NCBI GenBank assembly: GCA_002633005.1
Contig: NMRA01000015.1
Location: 194,054 to 258,053 of the forward strand
Direction: 5' to 3'
Length of the DNA: 64,000 nucleotides
Source of the DNA: Phoronis australis
Lineage: Eukaryota; Animalia; Phoronida
Position 1 is the first letter of the stretch. The number at the start of each line of letters is the position of its first letter. Shown one piece after another: positions 1-11,739 of this stretch. The notes under the pieces are model-generated. The model saw only the letters and a program-made list of their open reading frames with translations, ran no database searches and was not told the DNA's origin. A program made the translations under genes and the position numbers.

Positions 1-1759
1 TGATATTCACTCGAGCTCCCTATATCGTTGACAGTCGTTTGCAGTGCAACAATACAGCACACGGCCAAGAAAGATAAAAAACTAATGATTTCCCGGGAAC
101 ATTATTTGCAGTGACCCTAACTGCAACATTTGGCAATGGCCAATATTTTATGTAAGCATGGTAATTTCTCATTTTTGGATTAAAAGTGATTTCAAAAGTT
201 CCATGCATTTGCCTGATTGCATCATTAAAAAATGATCATAATTTTGTTGTAAGTTTGTGTTATCCATCCAGTATACTCTGCTTACAGAAAGAAATAACGT
301 TCCTACTGTTTTGTTTCAAAATATGACAAGAAAATATAATTTAAAAAATTAGTGTGCCCACGATATTGTGTGCTGAACTAAAAAGCATTTATTGTACGGT
401 ACAAAAACACATATTTGTACAATGTGTCCAACATTAACCTAGAAAGCAGTGTACCTCATTCACTAGACAGATGATTTAACACATTAGGACACTAGGACAA
501 GCATTATGAAGACAAACAAACTTCACTGTGTACATAATGTGGACAGTCCCTTAGAGGATAACATGACAAGTGGTTTGATGGCTAAGATTCACTGATTATA
601 TTCAGCATTCATTGATCAACTGTTCCCCTTAAGGCTATTGATTCAGCATTACTTGCCATGCAAACCTGGTCAATTATGAAATGAGATGTGATGGTTCAGC
701 TTTAATCGACTTTGATGGAATCTACTAATAGCAAATTAGCCACATGTTGCCACCAATTTAAAGACTCAATTGCTTCCTAACCTAAAGGATACTTAACACT
801 CACACATGGTGTCATCAAACTGACAACTATAATTTTCACAGATTTATAACTCAGAAAAACTCAGTCAAATTTAGTTATTATGTTCTGTACAAGAAGCAAA
901 ATTTTGATTTAGACCACTTACCAAATGAATGTAAACTTAATCTCTACTAGTTTCTTAATCAAATATTTGTGATTTCCAGGTTTTGCATTGAACTGACAGT
1001 TTGTTCCTTGAGACCATGCTCTGCATAAAATGACACGGCGCAACAAGTCAACTTGCAGACCTAGGTCTCAACCAATAATGAACTGGCACTTGTTTCAAAC
1101 CAGTAAAATCTGAAAGTCCAAGTTTACAAACAAACATTATTGTAGACCAAATTCATGATAAGTCGTCTAAATAAAACTGTGTTTTTGTGATAGAAGAGAG
1201 CAAGATTTGGAGAAAAAAGTAACTGATCAATATAAGGTATAAATATTAGAAACACCAAAAAGCTATTTTGTATATTTTGTAGCCTAACAACATCAAAACT
1301 ACATCAATAAAACAATACTAAAATGTATAAAGTACTCAGGAAAATCAGCATTTATGAAAATTAAAAACATGAGACACACTAATATCTCACCAATTTGGGA
1401 CTAAAATAATAATATTGACAAAATGACCTTTTTCATTTACCAAGCTCTTCTAAAATGGCTGTGTTCACAATACTTCCAAACTTTGTTTGGTTGTACTTGT
1501 GGCATAAACCTTGAAAATGGAATAGCATTTATTTTTATACTGCACAGGCATGTTGAATGGAAAAGGATAAAGTATAATTTCACTTCTTGGCCATGTTGTG
1601 TCCTCAACTGGAGAAATTATACCACATTTGGAGAATGTCAAAATTTGTCATGCCATACGCCAATGATCACAAAATAATGCCCACGTTGGTCCATCTGCAT
1701 GGTCACCATGAGCAATAGCTCGTGCCAGTCACTGTCGGCCATCATCCGTCCTTCAATGA

Positions 1760-2168
1760 CCCATCATGGAGCCCTTCATGTCATTAGTATTTATCCATCC
1801 TGTAGCCCTTCATGTCAACAGTATTTACCCATCATGGAGCCCTTCATGTCATTAGTATTCATCCATCCTGGAGCCCTTCATGTCATTAGTATTTACCCAT
1901 CCTGGAGCCCTTCATGTCATTAGTATTCACCCATCCTGGAGCCCTTCATGTCATTAGTATTTACCCATCCTGAAGCCCTTCATGTCATTAGTATTTACCC
2001 ATCCTGTAGCCCTTCATGTCATTAGTATTTACCCATCATAGAGCCCTTCATGTCATTAGTATTCACCCATCCTGTAACCCTTCATGTCATCAGTATTCAC
2101 CCATCCTGGAGCCCTTCATGTCATTAGTATTCACCCATCCTGGAGCCCTTCATGTCAATAATATTTAC
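1760..2168. repeat. 34-bp minisatellite (CCCATCCTGGAGCCCTTCATGTCATTAGTATTYA), ~12 copies
   Basis: GGAGCCC recurs at 1870 and 1904 (period 34); unit visible throughout. Confidence 0.95.
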
Positions 2169-2448
2169 ATCTGTGGCTATCAAGCCATGCGCTTGTAATT
2201 TGGAAAAATAAGATGAGCTTGTATAGAAATGAGTGCAAGTCCATGTACTTTGTATGAAACAAACATGTGTGCATAAGCCTAGGACCTACAAGATGAATAA
2301 CATTTTGTGTAAAATGTGTTAATAAATAACATGTTGATCTGTTGTCTGAGGCATGTCAGTGACAGGGGACAAATTACAGAAGAGATCAGTTTGATTAGAC
2401 ATGCTAATTTTATTTTTGAAGAAAAATTTACAATAAAAGAGGCTATGA

Positions 2449-2600
2449 CAGTGCTCGACGCTTAGCTTGAGAATAATTTGCATTTGAAAAAACCCGAGGT
2501 CGCCAAACGAAATCTGTGGTCGCCAAAACTTACATCCAAATTATCGACTAAAAAACATTGGAGGCGTATTTCACCGATTTGGCCCGATTTTTACAGATGT
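2449..2600 (+). mobile_element. Left-end remnant of a hAT-like non-autonomous element
   Basis: Starts CAGTGCTCGACGCT with GGTCGCCAAA subterminal repeats, like the ends at 8607 and 32553. Confidence 0.4.
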
Positions 2601-2715
2601 TATATAGCGTGTTTGATGTTTGCTTACTCTGTGTGTTTTTTTTTGCTGCAGAATTTTAATTAAGTAGAACAGAATTTTAAGGAACTGGAACTGTTTTTCA
2701 ATAGCCTAAAACCAC

Positions 2716-3090
2716 ACACAAGTCTTGTGTCGTATACTAATGAATGACTTGGGGTACAAGTCTTGTGAGTAACTTCGTGTACAAATCTTGTGTCGTATAC
2801 TAAAAAATAACTTGGTGTACAAGACTTGTGTCCAATACAAATGAGTAACTTGATGTACAAGTCTTGCATCGTATACCAATGAGTGACTTGGTGTACAAGT
2901 CTTGCATCGTATACTAATGAGTGACTTGGTGTACAAGTCCTGCATCGTATACTAATGAGTAATTTGGTGTACATGTCTTGTGTCTTATAATAATAAGTAA
3001 CTTCAATTTGGTGCACAAGTCTTGTGTCGTATGCTAATGATTAACTTGATGTACAAGACTTGTATTGTATTATAATAAGTGACTTGGTGC
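2716..3090. repeat. 38-bp minisatellite (GTACAAGTCTTGCATCGTATACTAATGAGTGACTTGGT), ~10 copies
   Basis: GTACAAG at 2893 and 2931; explains the repetitive ORFs 2660..3016 and 2706..2945. Confidence 0.95.
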
Positions 3091-3255
3091 TCACTAGGTG
3101 GTGCTGAGGAAAGGTATCTCTTTCAATAGATTTACTACAGCCAGTAAGAATGGAAACAGTTCATCAGCCTGACAGTGGATCTCATGTGATTACCTGAATG
3201 CATAGCAGGCATCCCTACAAGTATGACCCTTGTCACACTAGCACCACCTAGTGAG
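3090..3255. mobile_element. Small element bounded by a perfect 16-bp inverted repeat (possible MITE)
   Basis: CTCACTAGGTGGTGCT (3090-3105) and AGCACCACCTAGTGAG (3240-3255); no clear TSD. Confidence 0.45.
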
Positions 3256-3286
3256 TGTTGAGTTCTCCAATGTTATACTCAGTTAC

Positions 3287-3373
3287 CTGCATATGAGCTC
3301 TCATCTCTGTCTCTGTCAGGCCGGGCTGACCACATATCTCACAAGTGTACAAGAGCGTAATGCCTTCAGCCAT
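3287..3373 (-). CDS. ZUP1: First coding exon of a ZUP1/ZUFSP-like zinc-finger ubiquitin peptidase (rest of gene outside the window)
   Basis: Translates MAEGITLLYTCEICGQPGLTETEMRAHMQ, resembling the N-terminal C2H2 finger of ZUP1 (CxxCG...EMxxH). Acceptor ttgttctag precedes 3397; donor CAG|gtaact follows 3287. Too short for the ORF track. Confidence 0.7.
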
Positions 3374-4283
3374 GGCGTAAAATGCAAGGATAACTCCCTA
3401 GAACAAATGATACAGTATTAGTTTATTGTAACACAACACAGCACTATTGTGTGCGTGTGTAGGTGTGTATGTGTGCGTGCGTGCGTGTGCATGCATTACA
3501 CATGAATTACAACCAAAACCAAAATTCCATGCAGGCTAATTACACTCTCCATGCCCAAATTGGTTGTAAATCAGAATAGTTGATTTCTGGGTTTGGGGTG
3601 CATGCCGTGAATAATAAGCTTATACGAAAGTCACGCACTTCTAAAGATATCCGTGACTTTTCACTGCTCGTCCTTCTCAGCGGCTTTTACCATGATCAAA
3701 GAGAGCGTGGTACCACAGTTGGACTGTTGCGATGACCGCATTGTCCGGTGCGCATTGTTCAGTTTGAGCAAGACCCAATTAAGTGCAATTACCCGACCAT
3801 AAACTGTAGTTAACATCTTTGCCTGAACTTACTGGCAAATTTTCAAAATGCATTAACCATGCAACGGTTTTCGTTAAAATCATATAGCACAGCGGTATTC
3901 AGGTGGAAAAAACAACCAGGTCTGGTTTTTGATTTTTAAAAATCGCCGAACTATTAAGCTAAAAACTGCGAACATTGGATATGATTGAAGATAAACGACT
4001 GTGTGTATTGATATACTCGGTGGATTTACAAACGCTGATCAGAGTTAACAATATCACGTGGATTATTCTTTTAATATACAACTAAGCTACACTGAATCAT
4101 CTATAAACAACACACAGTGACGAAATTAGGTGACTCTAAAAACATCGCTTATGGCCCAGTGCATGCCGAACTACTTTACTAGAACTAATGGCACGCGCAG
4201 TTTTGTTGGCTATGACGTGTTTGGTGTAGTTGTGATCTGGAAAATTCAGGGATGGGTTAAGAAAAAAATATGACATAAAATTA

Positions 4284-5362
4284 GTGCTCTACTGTTATTC
4301 TACTGTTAAACTTGTGGAGCGATCTTCTGCGTCGACTTTCGGCGCCATAAAATATTGCATAACCTATTGGCCAGTTTCTTTTTTCGCAGATTCTTCAATC
4401 AACAATTGTTCTTTCACGAGGATGCGTACACATCATAACAAATTATCGGAACTGGTTTCACTTCATTTTAAGTTTTCAGAACTTTGATACCGAAAATCCG
4501 AATTTAAAAAGAAATTATGCTCCTGCCAATTATGGTATTATCACCTCCTGAGAGATGTCGCAAAAAATTAGGAAATGCCGCATGCGAATGCCACGAGCAT
4601 ACTGTTTTCAAAACGACGACATAACTTTTCTTTGTTAGAAAAAGCAGAGGATTAAGCAACAAAATGACGTTTATTAGATTGTTTTCCACTTAAACGGATG
4701 TAGCGGGCAAGGTGAGTGACGTTTGATGCCCAGATTTTGCTAGCCAGCCAGCTAGCTGTATGAAAACTATTGTCAAAATACAGCTAGGTACCACTGAGTG
4801 TTTTTCTTCCGTGGACTCCGAAATTGCACACAGCCAGGTTAGTTCTGCTCGTCACCTCGCCATGAACCCTGTATCAACATGTAGAGCTGAAGAATGGACG
4901 GGATGCATGCAAAATCTGAGAGTCAACCAACACTCACCTTGCCCGTTACAACTGTTTAAGTGAAAAACAATGCAACAACCGTCATTTTCTGGCGTAATCC
5001 TCCGCTTTTTCTAGCACAGAAAAATTTTGTTGTCGTTTTGAAGACAATACGCTCGTGACACGCGCACGCACCATTTCCTAGATTTTTGCAATATCTCTCG
5101 GAAGATGACGATAGCTTGACAGCAGCAAAATTTCTTCTGAAATTCGGTTTTTCAGTATCAAAATTCTAAAAACTTGTAACTAAATGAAACCAGTTTCGAT
5201 AATTTGTTGTGATATCTACGCAACCTCATGAAAGAAGAACAGTTGATTGAAGAATCGGCGAAACAAGAAACTGGCCAATAGGTGATGCAATACTTCATGG
5301 CGCCGAAAGCTGTCACTAAAGATCGCTCCACAAATTTAGCAGCAGAATAACAGTAGAACGCC
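4284..5362. mobile_element. Foldback/MITE-like element with ~430-bp diverged inverted arms and ~210-bp spacer
   Basis: ORFs 4284+ and 5364- translate near-identically (KYCITYWPVS..ADSSIN); inner arm ends GGGCAAGGTGAGTG / CACTCACCTTGCCC. Confidence 0.8.
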
Positions 5363-5439
5363 ATTTTTTTCCAACAACGATAAATAATTTAATTTACTCA
5401 AGGAAGACTGTACTTTTTAATGACACCAATTTTGTGTCA

Positions 5440-5645
5440 GATTTTATCTTGCCACTTTTTTACCCACATCGGCGCAAAGCTGTATATTTAGTGTACAGCT
5501 TTGACTTTGTACCAAGCCTAAGATTTTGCATGTACCACGTTCGGTCTTTAGCTCTATGTAGTAATAGCCGAGATTACCCGACCCGGGGATCGAACCAGCG
5601 ACCCCCATAAAACCGGCAAGCGTGCTAACCATTCAGCTAATAGGC
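5440..5645 (-). mobile_element. tRNA-derived SINE (Pol III head plus body)
   Basis: Minus strand has A-box TAGCTGAATGG and B-box GGTTCGATCC at tRNA spacing, without a proper cloverleaf. Confidence 0.65.
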
Positions 5646-5990
5646 AATTGCCCGTTAGCGAGTAGCTAACAGAGGCTCATATAATTCACCGTAAGCACAT
5701 CTACAACATCTACATGATCACACAGGTTTCACAGCGAGTTGACGATCAGAACTACCCTGGTTGTGTGCAATTTCGGGGTTTATGGAAGAAAAATACACAG
5801 TGGTAGGCTACCTAGCTGTATTTTGACGATAGTCTTCATACAGCCAGCTCAGTCAAGGCTGCTCAATGCTGGCTGGCTGCGGCACACCAAGCTGACTGAA
5901 ATTGAAGAGGTGTCATAATTAAAGAGTTACACAGATACACAAAACAGAATGCTTAACACGAAATCATAAATGAAGAAAATATTAGCATAC

Positions 5991-6334
5991 CAGAAAGTAT
6001 ATCCCTTTCTAGATCTTTTACTTTCGTTCTTGAATCTTGGACAGGGGTTTCCCACTTCCTCAGGCAAATCTTGACGAGTGGCAAATTTTACGACACACAC
6101 TTGTACAATGTTGCGAAACAAATTTAGATTTTGAATATTTGAATGTCCCAAGGGGTTTAATGAATTATATGGGGATGATATTTGTTACCAATAAATAACT
6201 TTGAAGTTTTTATTGACCTTTTTGAATTGCATTTCCCGGGAATTTCCGTTTACGACAATGATTGGTTATACTCTCTAGGAAAGAAGTTTTAAAAGCAAGT
6301 CTACCGGCTTTAAAAAACCTGTGGGAAAAGCAGA
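5991..6334. promoter_or_regulatory. Putative bidirectional promoter: ZUP1-like 5' UTR exon (-) and SIGMAR1 5' region (+)
   Basis: Minus-strand donor CTG|gtatgc at 5990 lies ~345 bp from the SIGMAR1 ATG; the ZUP1-like coding exon has an acceptor and so needs an upstream exon; palindrome TTCCCGGGAA at 6233-6242. Confidence 0.45.
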
Positions 6335-6467
6335 ATGGGTTTTCGTACAGTTATGTGGATATTCATTTACATTGCTGCTATTATATATGGAATTAACTAC
6401 TGGTTACTACACAAAAGTTATCTCATCGACGTTAATGATGTTATTCAACTAGGAAACCAATACGCTG
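6335..6467 (+). CDS. SIGMAR1: Sigma-1 receptor (ERG2/sigma1 family) exon 1, copy A
   Basis: MGFRTVMWIFIYIAAIIYGINYWLLHKSYLIDVNDVIQLGNQYAG: N-terminal TM helix then QYAG| with phase-1 donor gtaaaa, the same intron position as vertebrate SIGMAR1. Confidence 0.88.
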
Positions 6468-6606
6468 GTAAAACTTTCTGTGGCTGCTTCTGCCATTGCT
6501 GTTGTGATGCAAGTGACTTCCTGTTTTGGCGCAGAGTCCTAAATTGCTTGCCATATATGGTTATTGCCCCTTGGCCAATTGGAGACTCGACTCTCACGCT
6601 TACGGC

Positions 6607-7161
6607 TAGACAGTGTCCACCATCCTACTGGCACGTAGAACGGTGGAGCTTTTGCGCTTCATACGCCAGAAGCTTTTCGGCGCATTATGCCTTGCACTGA
6701 CTAAAACATCAAAGCCAAATTGTTATAAATACCTTTTGCTCACAAAGGGACACCTTAGGAGGCCATTGATGTATGTAATTCCTTCCAACTCGAACAAATA
6801 CTCGCATTATCAAACTTTTTCTTTGAGCAGTCCTCGTTCAGTTCCCAAAATTGGTAACTCGCTGTTTTTAAAACTGTGCGCCAGGTGGTGTAACGTCATA
6901 TCATCTGGCGCACGCAGTGTTAAAAATGGTGAGTTACCGTATTTGGGAACTGAACGAGGGACTGCTCGAAGAAAAAGTTTGACAATGGGAGTATTTGTTC
7001 GAGTTGGAAGGAATTAAATACATCGATGGCCTTCTATGGTGTCCCTCTATGCGTAAAATACATTTATAACAACGTAGTATTGATATTTTAGTCAGTGCGA
7101 GTTGTAATTCGCCGAAAAGCTTCCACTGTATGAAGCGCCTATAGGAGCTGGTCACTGTCTA
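6607..7161. mobile_element. Near-fully palindromic MITE (TA|GACAGTG...CACTGTC|TA), copy 1
   Basis: Arms mirror about ~6895 (AATTCCTTCCAACTCGAACAAATACTC / GAGTATTTGTTCGAGTTGGAAGGAATT); TA at both ends. Confidence 0.8.
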
Positions 7162-7698
7162 ACTTGCGGCTAGACACATGGGCCGCACAGCACTGAAAAA
7201 AGTGGGTGCTATAGCTGCCCCAGCTCCCTATGCATGGCTCGACGCTATTAAAATCGCCAGGTCGCATTTTGCGACCTAGCCAAAATCCCAGGTCGCATTT
7301 TCAAAATCCAGCTCGCATTCGTAAATGCCAGATCGCAAAATTTCCCGCCATTTTTACGCGCCAAAATGGATTTTTTAGATCATCGAGANGTTCTTGAATC
7401 TTGGACAGGGGTTTCCCACTTCCTCAGGCAAATCTTGACGAGTGGCAAATTTTACGACACACACTTATACAATGTTGCGAAACAAATTTAGATTTTGAAT
7501 ATTTGAATGTCCCAAGGGGTTTAATGAATTGTATGGGGATGATATTTGTTACCAATAAATAACTTTGAAGTTTTTATTGACCTTTTTGAATTGCATTTCC
7601 CGGGAATTTCCGTTTACGACAATGATTGGTTACACTCTCTAGGAAAGAAGTTTTAAAAGCAAGTCTACCGGCTTTAAAAAACCTGTGGGAAAAGCAGA

Positions 7699-7831
7699 AT
7701 GGGTTTTCGTACAGTTATGTGGATATTCATTTACATTGCTGCTATTATATATGGCATTAACTACTGGTTACTACACAAAAGTTATCTCATCGACGTTAAT
7801 GATGTTATTCAACTAGGAAACCAATACGCTG
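7699..7831 (+). CDS. SIGMAR1: SIGMAR1 exon 1, copy B (allelic duplicate)
   Basis: Identical to copy A apart from a synonymous GGA/GGC change. Confidence 0.88.
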
Positions 7832-7980
7832 GTAAAACTTTCTGTGGCTGCTTCTGCCATTGGTTGTGATGCAAGTGACTTCCTGTTTAGCGCAGAGTCG
7901 CGTAACGCCACTCTAAATTGCTTGCCATATATGGTTATTGCCCCTTGGCCAATTGGAGACTCGACTCTCACGCTTACTGC

Positions 7981-8535
7981 TAGACAGTGTCCACCATCCT
8001 ACTGGCACGTAGGACGGTGGAGCTTTTGCGCTTCATACGCCGGAAGCTTTTCGGCGCATTATGCCTTGCACTGACTAAAACATCAAAGCCAAATTGTTAT
8101 AAATAACTTTTGCTCACAAAGGGACACCTTAGGAGGCCATTGATGTATGTAATTCCTTCCAACTCGAACAAATACTTGCATTATCAAACTTTTTCTTTGA
8201 GCAGTCCTCGTTCAGCTCCCAAAATTGGTAACTCGCTGTTTTTAATACTGTGCGCCAGGTGGTATAACGTCATATCATTTGGCGCACACAGTGTTAAAAA
8301 TGGTGAGTTACCGTATTTGGGAACTGAACGAGGGACTGCTCGAAGAAAAAGTTTGACAATGGGAGTATTTGTTCGAGTTGGAAGGAATTAAATACATCGA
8401 TGGCCTTCTATGGTGTCCCTCTATGCGTAAAATGCATTTATAACAACGTAGTATTGATATTTTAGTCAGTGCAAGTTGTAATTCGCCGAAAAGCTTCCAC
8501 TGTATGAAGCGCCTATAGGAGCTGGTCACTGTCTA
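7981..8535. mobile_element. Palindromic MITE, allelic duplicate of 6607-7161
   Basis: Same termini and internal symmetry. Confidence 0.8.
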
Positions 8536-8550
8536 ACTTGCGGCTAGACA

Positions 8551-10772
8551 CATGGGCGGCACAGCACTGAAAAAAGTGGGTGCTATAGCTGCCCCAGCTC
8601 CCTATGCATGGCTCGACGCTATTAAAATCGCCAGGTCGCATTTTGCGACCTAACCAAAATCCCAGGTCGCATTTTCAAAATCCAGCTCGCATTCGTAAAT
8701 GCCAGATCGCAAAATTTCCCGCCATTTTTACGTGCCAAAATGGATTTTTTAGATCATCGAGAAAATGTTTAGATTATGCTCTTACCTGCAGCGTTAAATA
8801 CTCACAAATTTCGGATCTCAAAATTAACTTCATTCATGCAGGTACGGCCTTTACTGTTCTTCACGACTGCCATTGAAAGACTCTAGAGCGCAAGGCAAGT
8901 TGCCGACGTGAAAGTTGAATCAGTGCTCTCTAACTGACTTGTGCATTCAAGTAGCTAAATTTGCGATGTGAAAAGGGAGAAAATGCCCGTTGAAAAAGTA
9001 TCCGGGATTTTGTTAGATCTGGCCTGCTACTGGCTGTCATCAAAGTCGTCAAGGATTCAGATTAACTTGGGTAATGGCGAGTTTGCTCCTCAATACCTTC
9101 CAAGTACGGGAAAGTCAGTCATAAAACGACACACATGTCACTAGTGTTAACTTTCTTTCCGAGGTATATAACAAAGCCGGGATTTGGTTTTTACATAATG
9201 TTAAAAGACGTTTTTGATGTTGTGCAAAATGAAAGTGACACGTCATATAAGCTGCGTGTCAATTTTAAACCACACGCGGTCATTTGTAGTGCGCTATGAT
9301 GTGCGCTAGCTTGAACTGTGGACGCTTAATTGGAAATTCTTAAAATTTAAGGGGGGACTTTTAATAGATCAGTGAGCGGTAGGGAGTAGGCTTGTGCGTG
9401 AGCATAGTCGTTAACCTCAGTGTTTGTGGTAATAAGATATTAAAACGCTGCAATGGTAAGAAACGTTATAATAATAGGATTTTGCGAGGCAAACTCCATC
9501 TAGTAGGAGTGACTTTCTGGATATCGTTACCACCTACTGTACATTGTACCCTTTTTAGCCACCCAGAATGATTTTATTTTTAACTGCCCACTTCAGCCGG
9601 AACAAGGTTGTTTCTATAGGAGTCTGAACATTTTATGGCGAGGGTGGTTCGGGGAGCGAAAATTTGCCGGGGTGGGGGGGGGAGTGTATAAAAAGAAGAA
9701 TGGAAAGTTCGCTAACTTGAACCACAATTTCGTATCTAGTGCCAGGTTAGTTGCAATAGCTGGCTACGGGCATAGAATACAGGGTTTACAGAACATCGAC
9801 CTCGGGAAACATCGGAACAGGAAAACATCAGTTCTGGGTTATATTGATCCCGGGACATTGGGTCTTTTATAACCGCTGGGAATCTGAGTTCATTTTCAAA
9901 TAAACCAGAGCCAAGCCGGTATACTCTTTTATTTAGGACTGTCGCTGTTCTTTGAAGTGGTGCGCACGCGTGAGTTCACGCACTTGAATCGCTGGAGTAG
10001 GCCTACAGTTTACGTTGGCAACAACGTGTGAAAAACAAATCATATTTCGTGCACGCAGCCCCAGAAACAAGTAAAGGGTTTGAGAATTTCTTGGCAACTG
10101 AAAGTAAAGGCGTGACCGTCGTTTGGCGATTAATAAGATTGTCATTTTCACTTTGGCTGTCTTAATACGATAAAAAGGAGAAGCACATCTCAGTCTAAGT
10201 CACGATTGTCTGCCGGGACCGCTTGCGCACTAACGGTGCCGCAGTGCGATATCAGGGATATTGTCGTGGATGTTTGGTACATGTAATAAGGACATCTTAC
10301 GTGAAAAATAAACATTTTTGTCCACCACTAAGTTTGGTAAGTTGATCGCTTAAGAATTAGTAGAANNNNNNNNNNNNNNNNNNNNNNNNNNNNNNNNNNN
10401 NNNNCGAATCCGGGAATTTACAAAAGTGGCCGAAAGTGTTAGCCAATGAAACGCATCAAAGATCGATTGTGCATATCCCATGTTCACGCGACTTGCTTAC
10501 AAGTCATCGGGAGGACTGTTCTCGGTTAGTGTTCTTTTGAACTTGGATTTGGCAACAACCAAATAACGGTCGGATTAACAATAGCTGCTTTGTATTTGCC
10601 TTGTATCTGTTGAGAAGTGTAAAAACTCAGCTCGCATTCGTTGGACATTCCAGGTCGCATTTTGCGACTTGATACGAGCTGACAAAAATCTCAGCTCGCG
10701 TTTCCAAATTTCAGGTCGCAAATGCGACCTGCAGCTCGTTATGTCGAGCCCTGCTATGGTGCGCCGCCCATG
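8551..10772. mobile_element. Tiny (~70 bp when empty) hAT-like MITE with TIR CATGGGCGGC/GCCGCCCATG and 5-bp TSD AGACA, split by a 2.1-kb insertion
   Basis: Perfect 10-bp TIRs; AGACA at 8546-8550 and 10773-10777. Confidence 0.75.
8607..10753. mobile_element. Non-autonomous hAT-like element, TIR CA(T/G)GGCTCGAC...GTCGAGCCCTG, 5-bp TSD CTATG (contains N gap 10366-10404)
   Basis: TIRs with GGTCGCA/CAGCTCGC subterminal repeats at both ends; CTATG at 8602-8606 and 10754-10758. Confidence 0.78.
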
Positions 10773-10799
10773 AGACAGTGCCACTGTCGTACTTAGCAG

Positions 10800-11325
10800 T
10801 AGACAGTCAGTGACCACCGTCTCTAGTTGGCTCAGTAGAGATGGTGTAGCTCCTATATAGGCTCTTCATACGCCGCAAGCTTTTCAGTGAATTATGTCTC
10901 ACACCGACTAAAACATCAAAGTCACGTTGTTATAAATACCTTATGCGCATAGAGGATGCCGTCGATGTCTTTAATTCCTTCCAACTCGAACAAATGCCCC
11001 CATTACCAAACTTTTTCTTTGAGCAGTTGGTCATACCACCTGTCACGCGCGTGTTGAAAATGGCCAGTTACCGATTTTGAGAAGTGAACGCAGGACTGTT
11101 CGAAAAAAAGTTTGATAATGGGAGTATTTGTTTGAGTTAGAAGGAATTAAAGACATCGACAGACTCCTAAGGTGTCCTCTATGCACATAAGGTGTTTATA
11201 ACAACGTGACTTTGATGTCTTAGTTGGTATAAGGCATAATTCGCTGAAAAGCTTCTGGCATATGAAGAACCTATAGGAGCCACACGGTCTCTACTGAGCC
11301 AGCTAGAGACGGTGGTCACTGTCTA
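10800..11325. mobile_element. Diverged member of the palindromic TAGACAG..CTGTCTA MITE family; a further partial copy follows at ~11335-11580
   Basis: Shares TTCCTTCCAACTCGAACAAAT and AAGCTTTTC blocks with 6607-7161; mirror symmetric. Confidence 0.8.
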
Positions 11326-11739
11326 TACATAGCAGCAGAGATGGTGATGCTCCCATATAGGGCCTTCAAACTCCGGAAGTTTTTGGCGAATTATGCCTCA
11401 CACTGATTAAACCATCATTGATCAAAGTCACATTTACCTTTTGTGCAAAGAGGGACACTTCAGGAGGCTGCCGGTGTCTTTAATTCCTTCCAACTTGAAC
11501 AAATGCCCTGATAATTGTCTCAAACTTTTTTCAGCAGTCTTTCATCCATTTTTACACTGCTCGTGCCAGGCGATATGATGCCTCTCTGAATTGGTTGCCA
11601 AGTGGCAAATGCTTATTGGCTGAATGGTTTGGATGCTCGACTTTCCATAAATGTCAGAATGTTTAGTTGTACCCAACTAATCTCAACTTATCTCAACTTA
11701 TCCTGTCATCACCACTGATGCAAGCCTGTTGCTGACATC

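Larger units (their letters stand above)
6026..8762. other. Apparent tandem duplication 6026-7388 / 7390-8762 joined by a single N (7389); likely uncollapsed haplotypes
   Basis: Near-identical copies with scattered SNPs and indels; N exactly at the junction. Confidence 0.85.

Noticed and set aside
1646-1750. Minus-strand frame TDDGRQ*LARAIAHGDHADGPTWALFCDHWRMA with an in-frame TGA (possible Sec exon or ZUP1 exon 2)
   Set aside because: No phase-0 acceptor to join the ZUP1 exon, no CxxC finger, no recognisable selenoprotein motif or SECIS; it abuts a minisatellite.
5575-5645. tRNA gene (also 15711 and 50664)
   Set aside because: A and B boxes are present, but the acceptor and anticodon stems do not pair and there is no poly-T terminator; these are SINE heads.
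6613-7155. Overlapping antisense ORFs with similar translations (also 4284/5364)
   Set aside because: A consequence of palindromic MITE structure; no protein motifs.
9348-9715. G-rich tract / possible G-quadruplex or small MITE
   Set aside because: Termini too degenerate to define; it lies within a transposon and there is no evidence of function.
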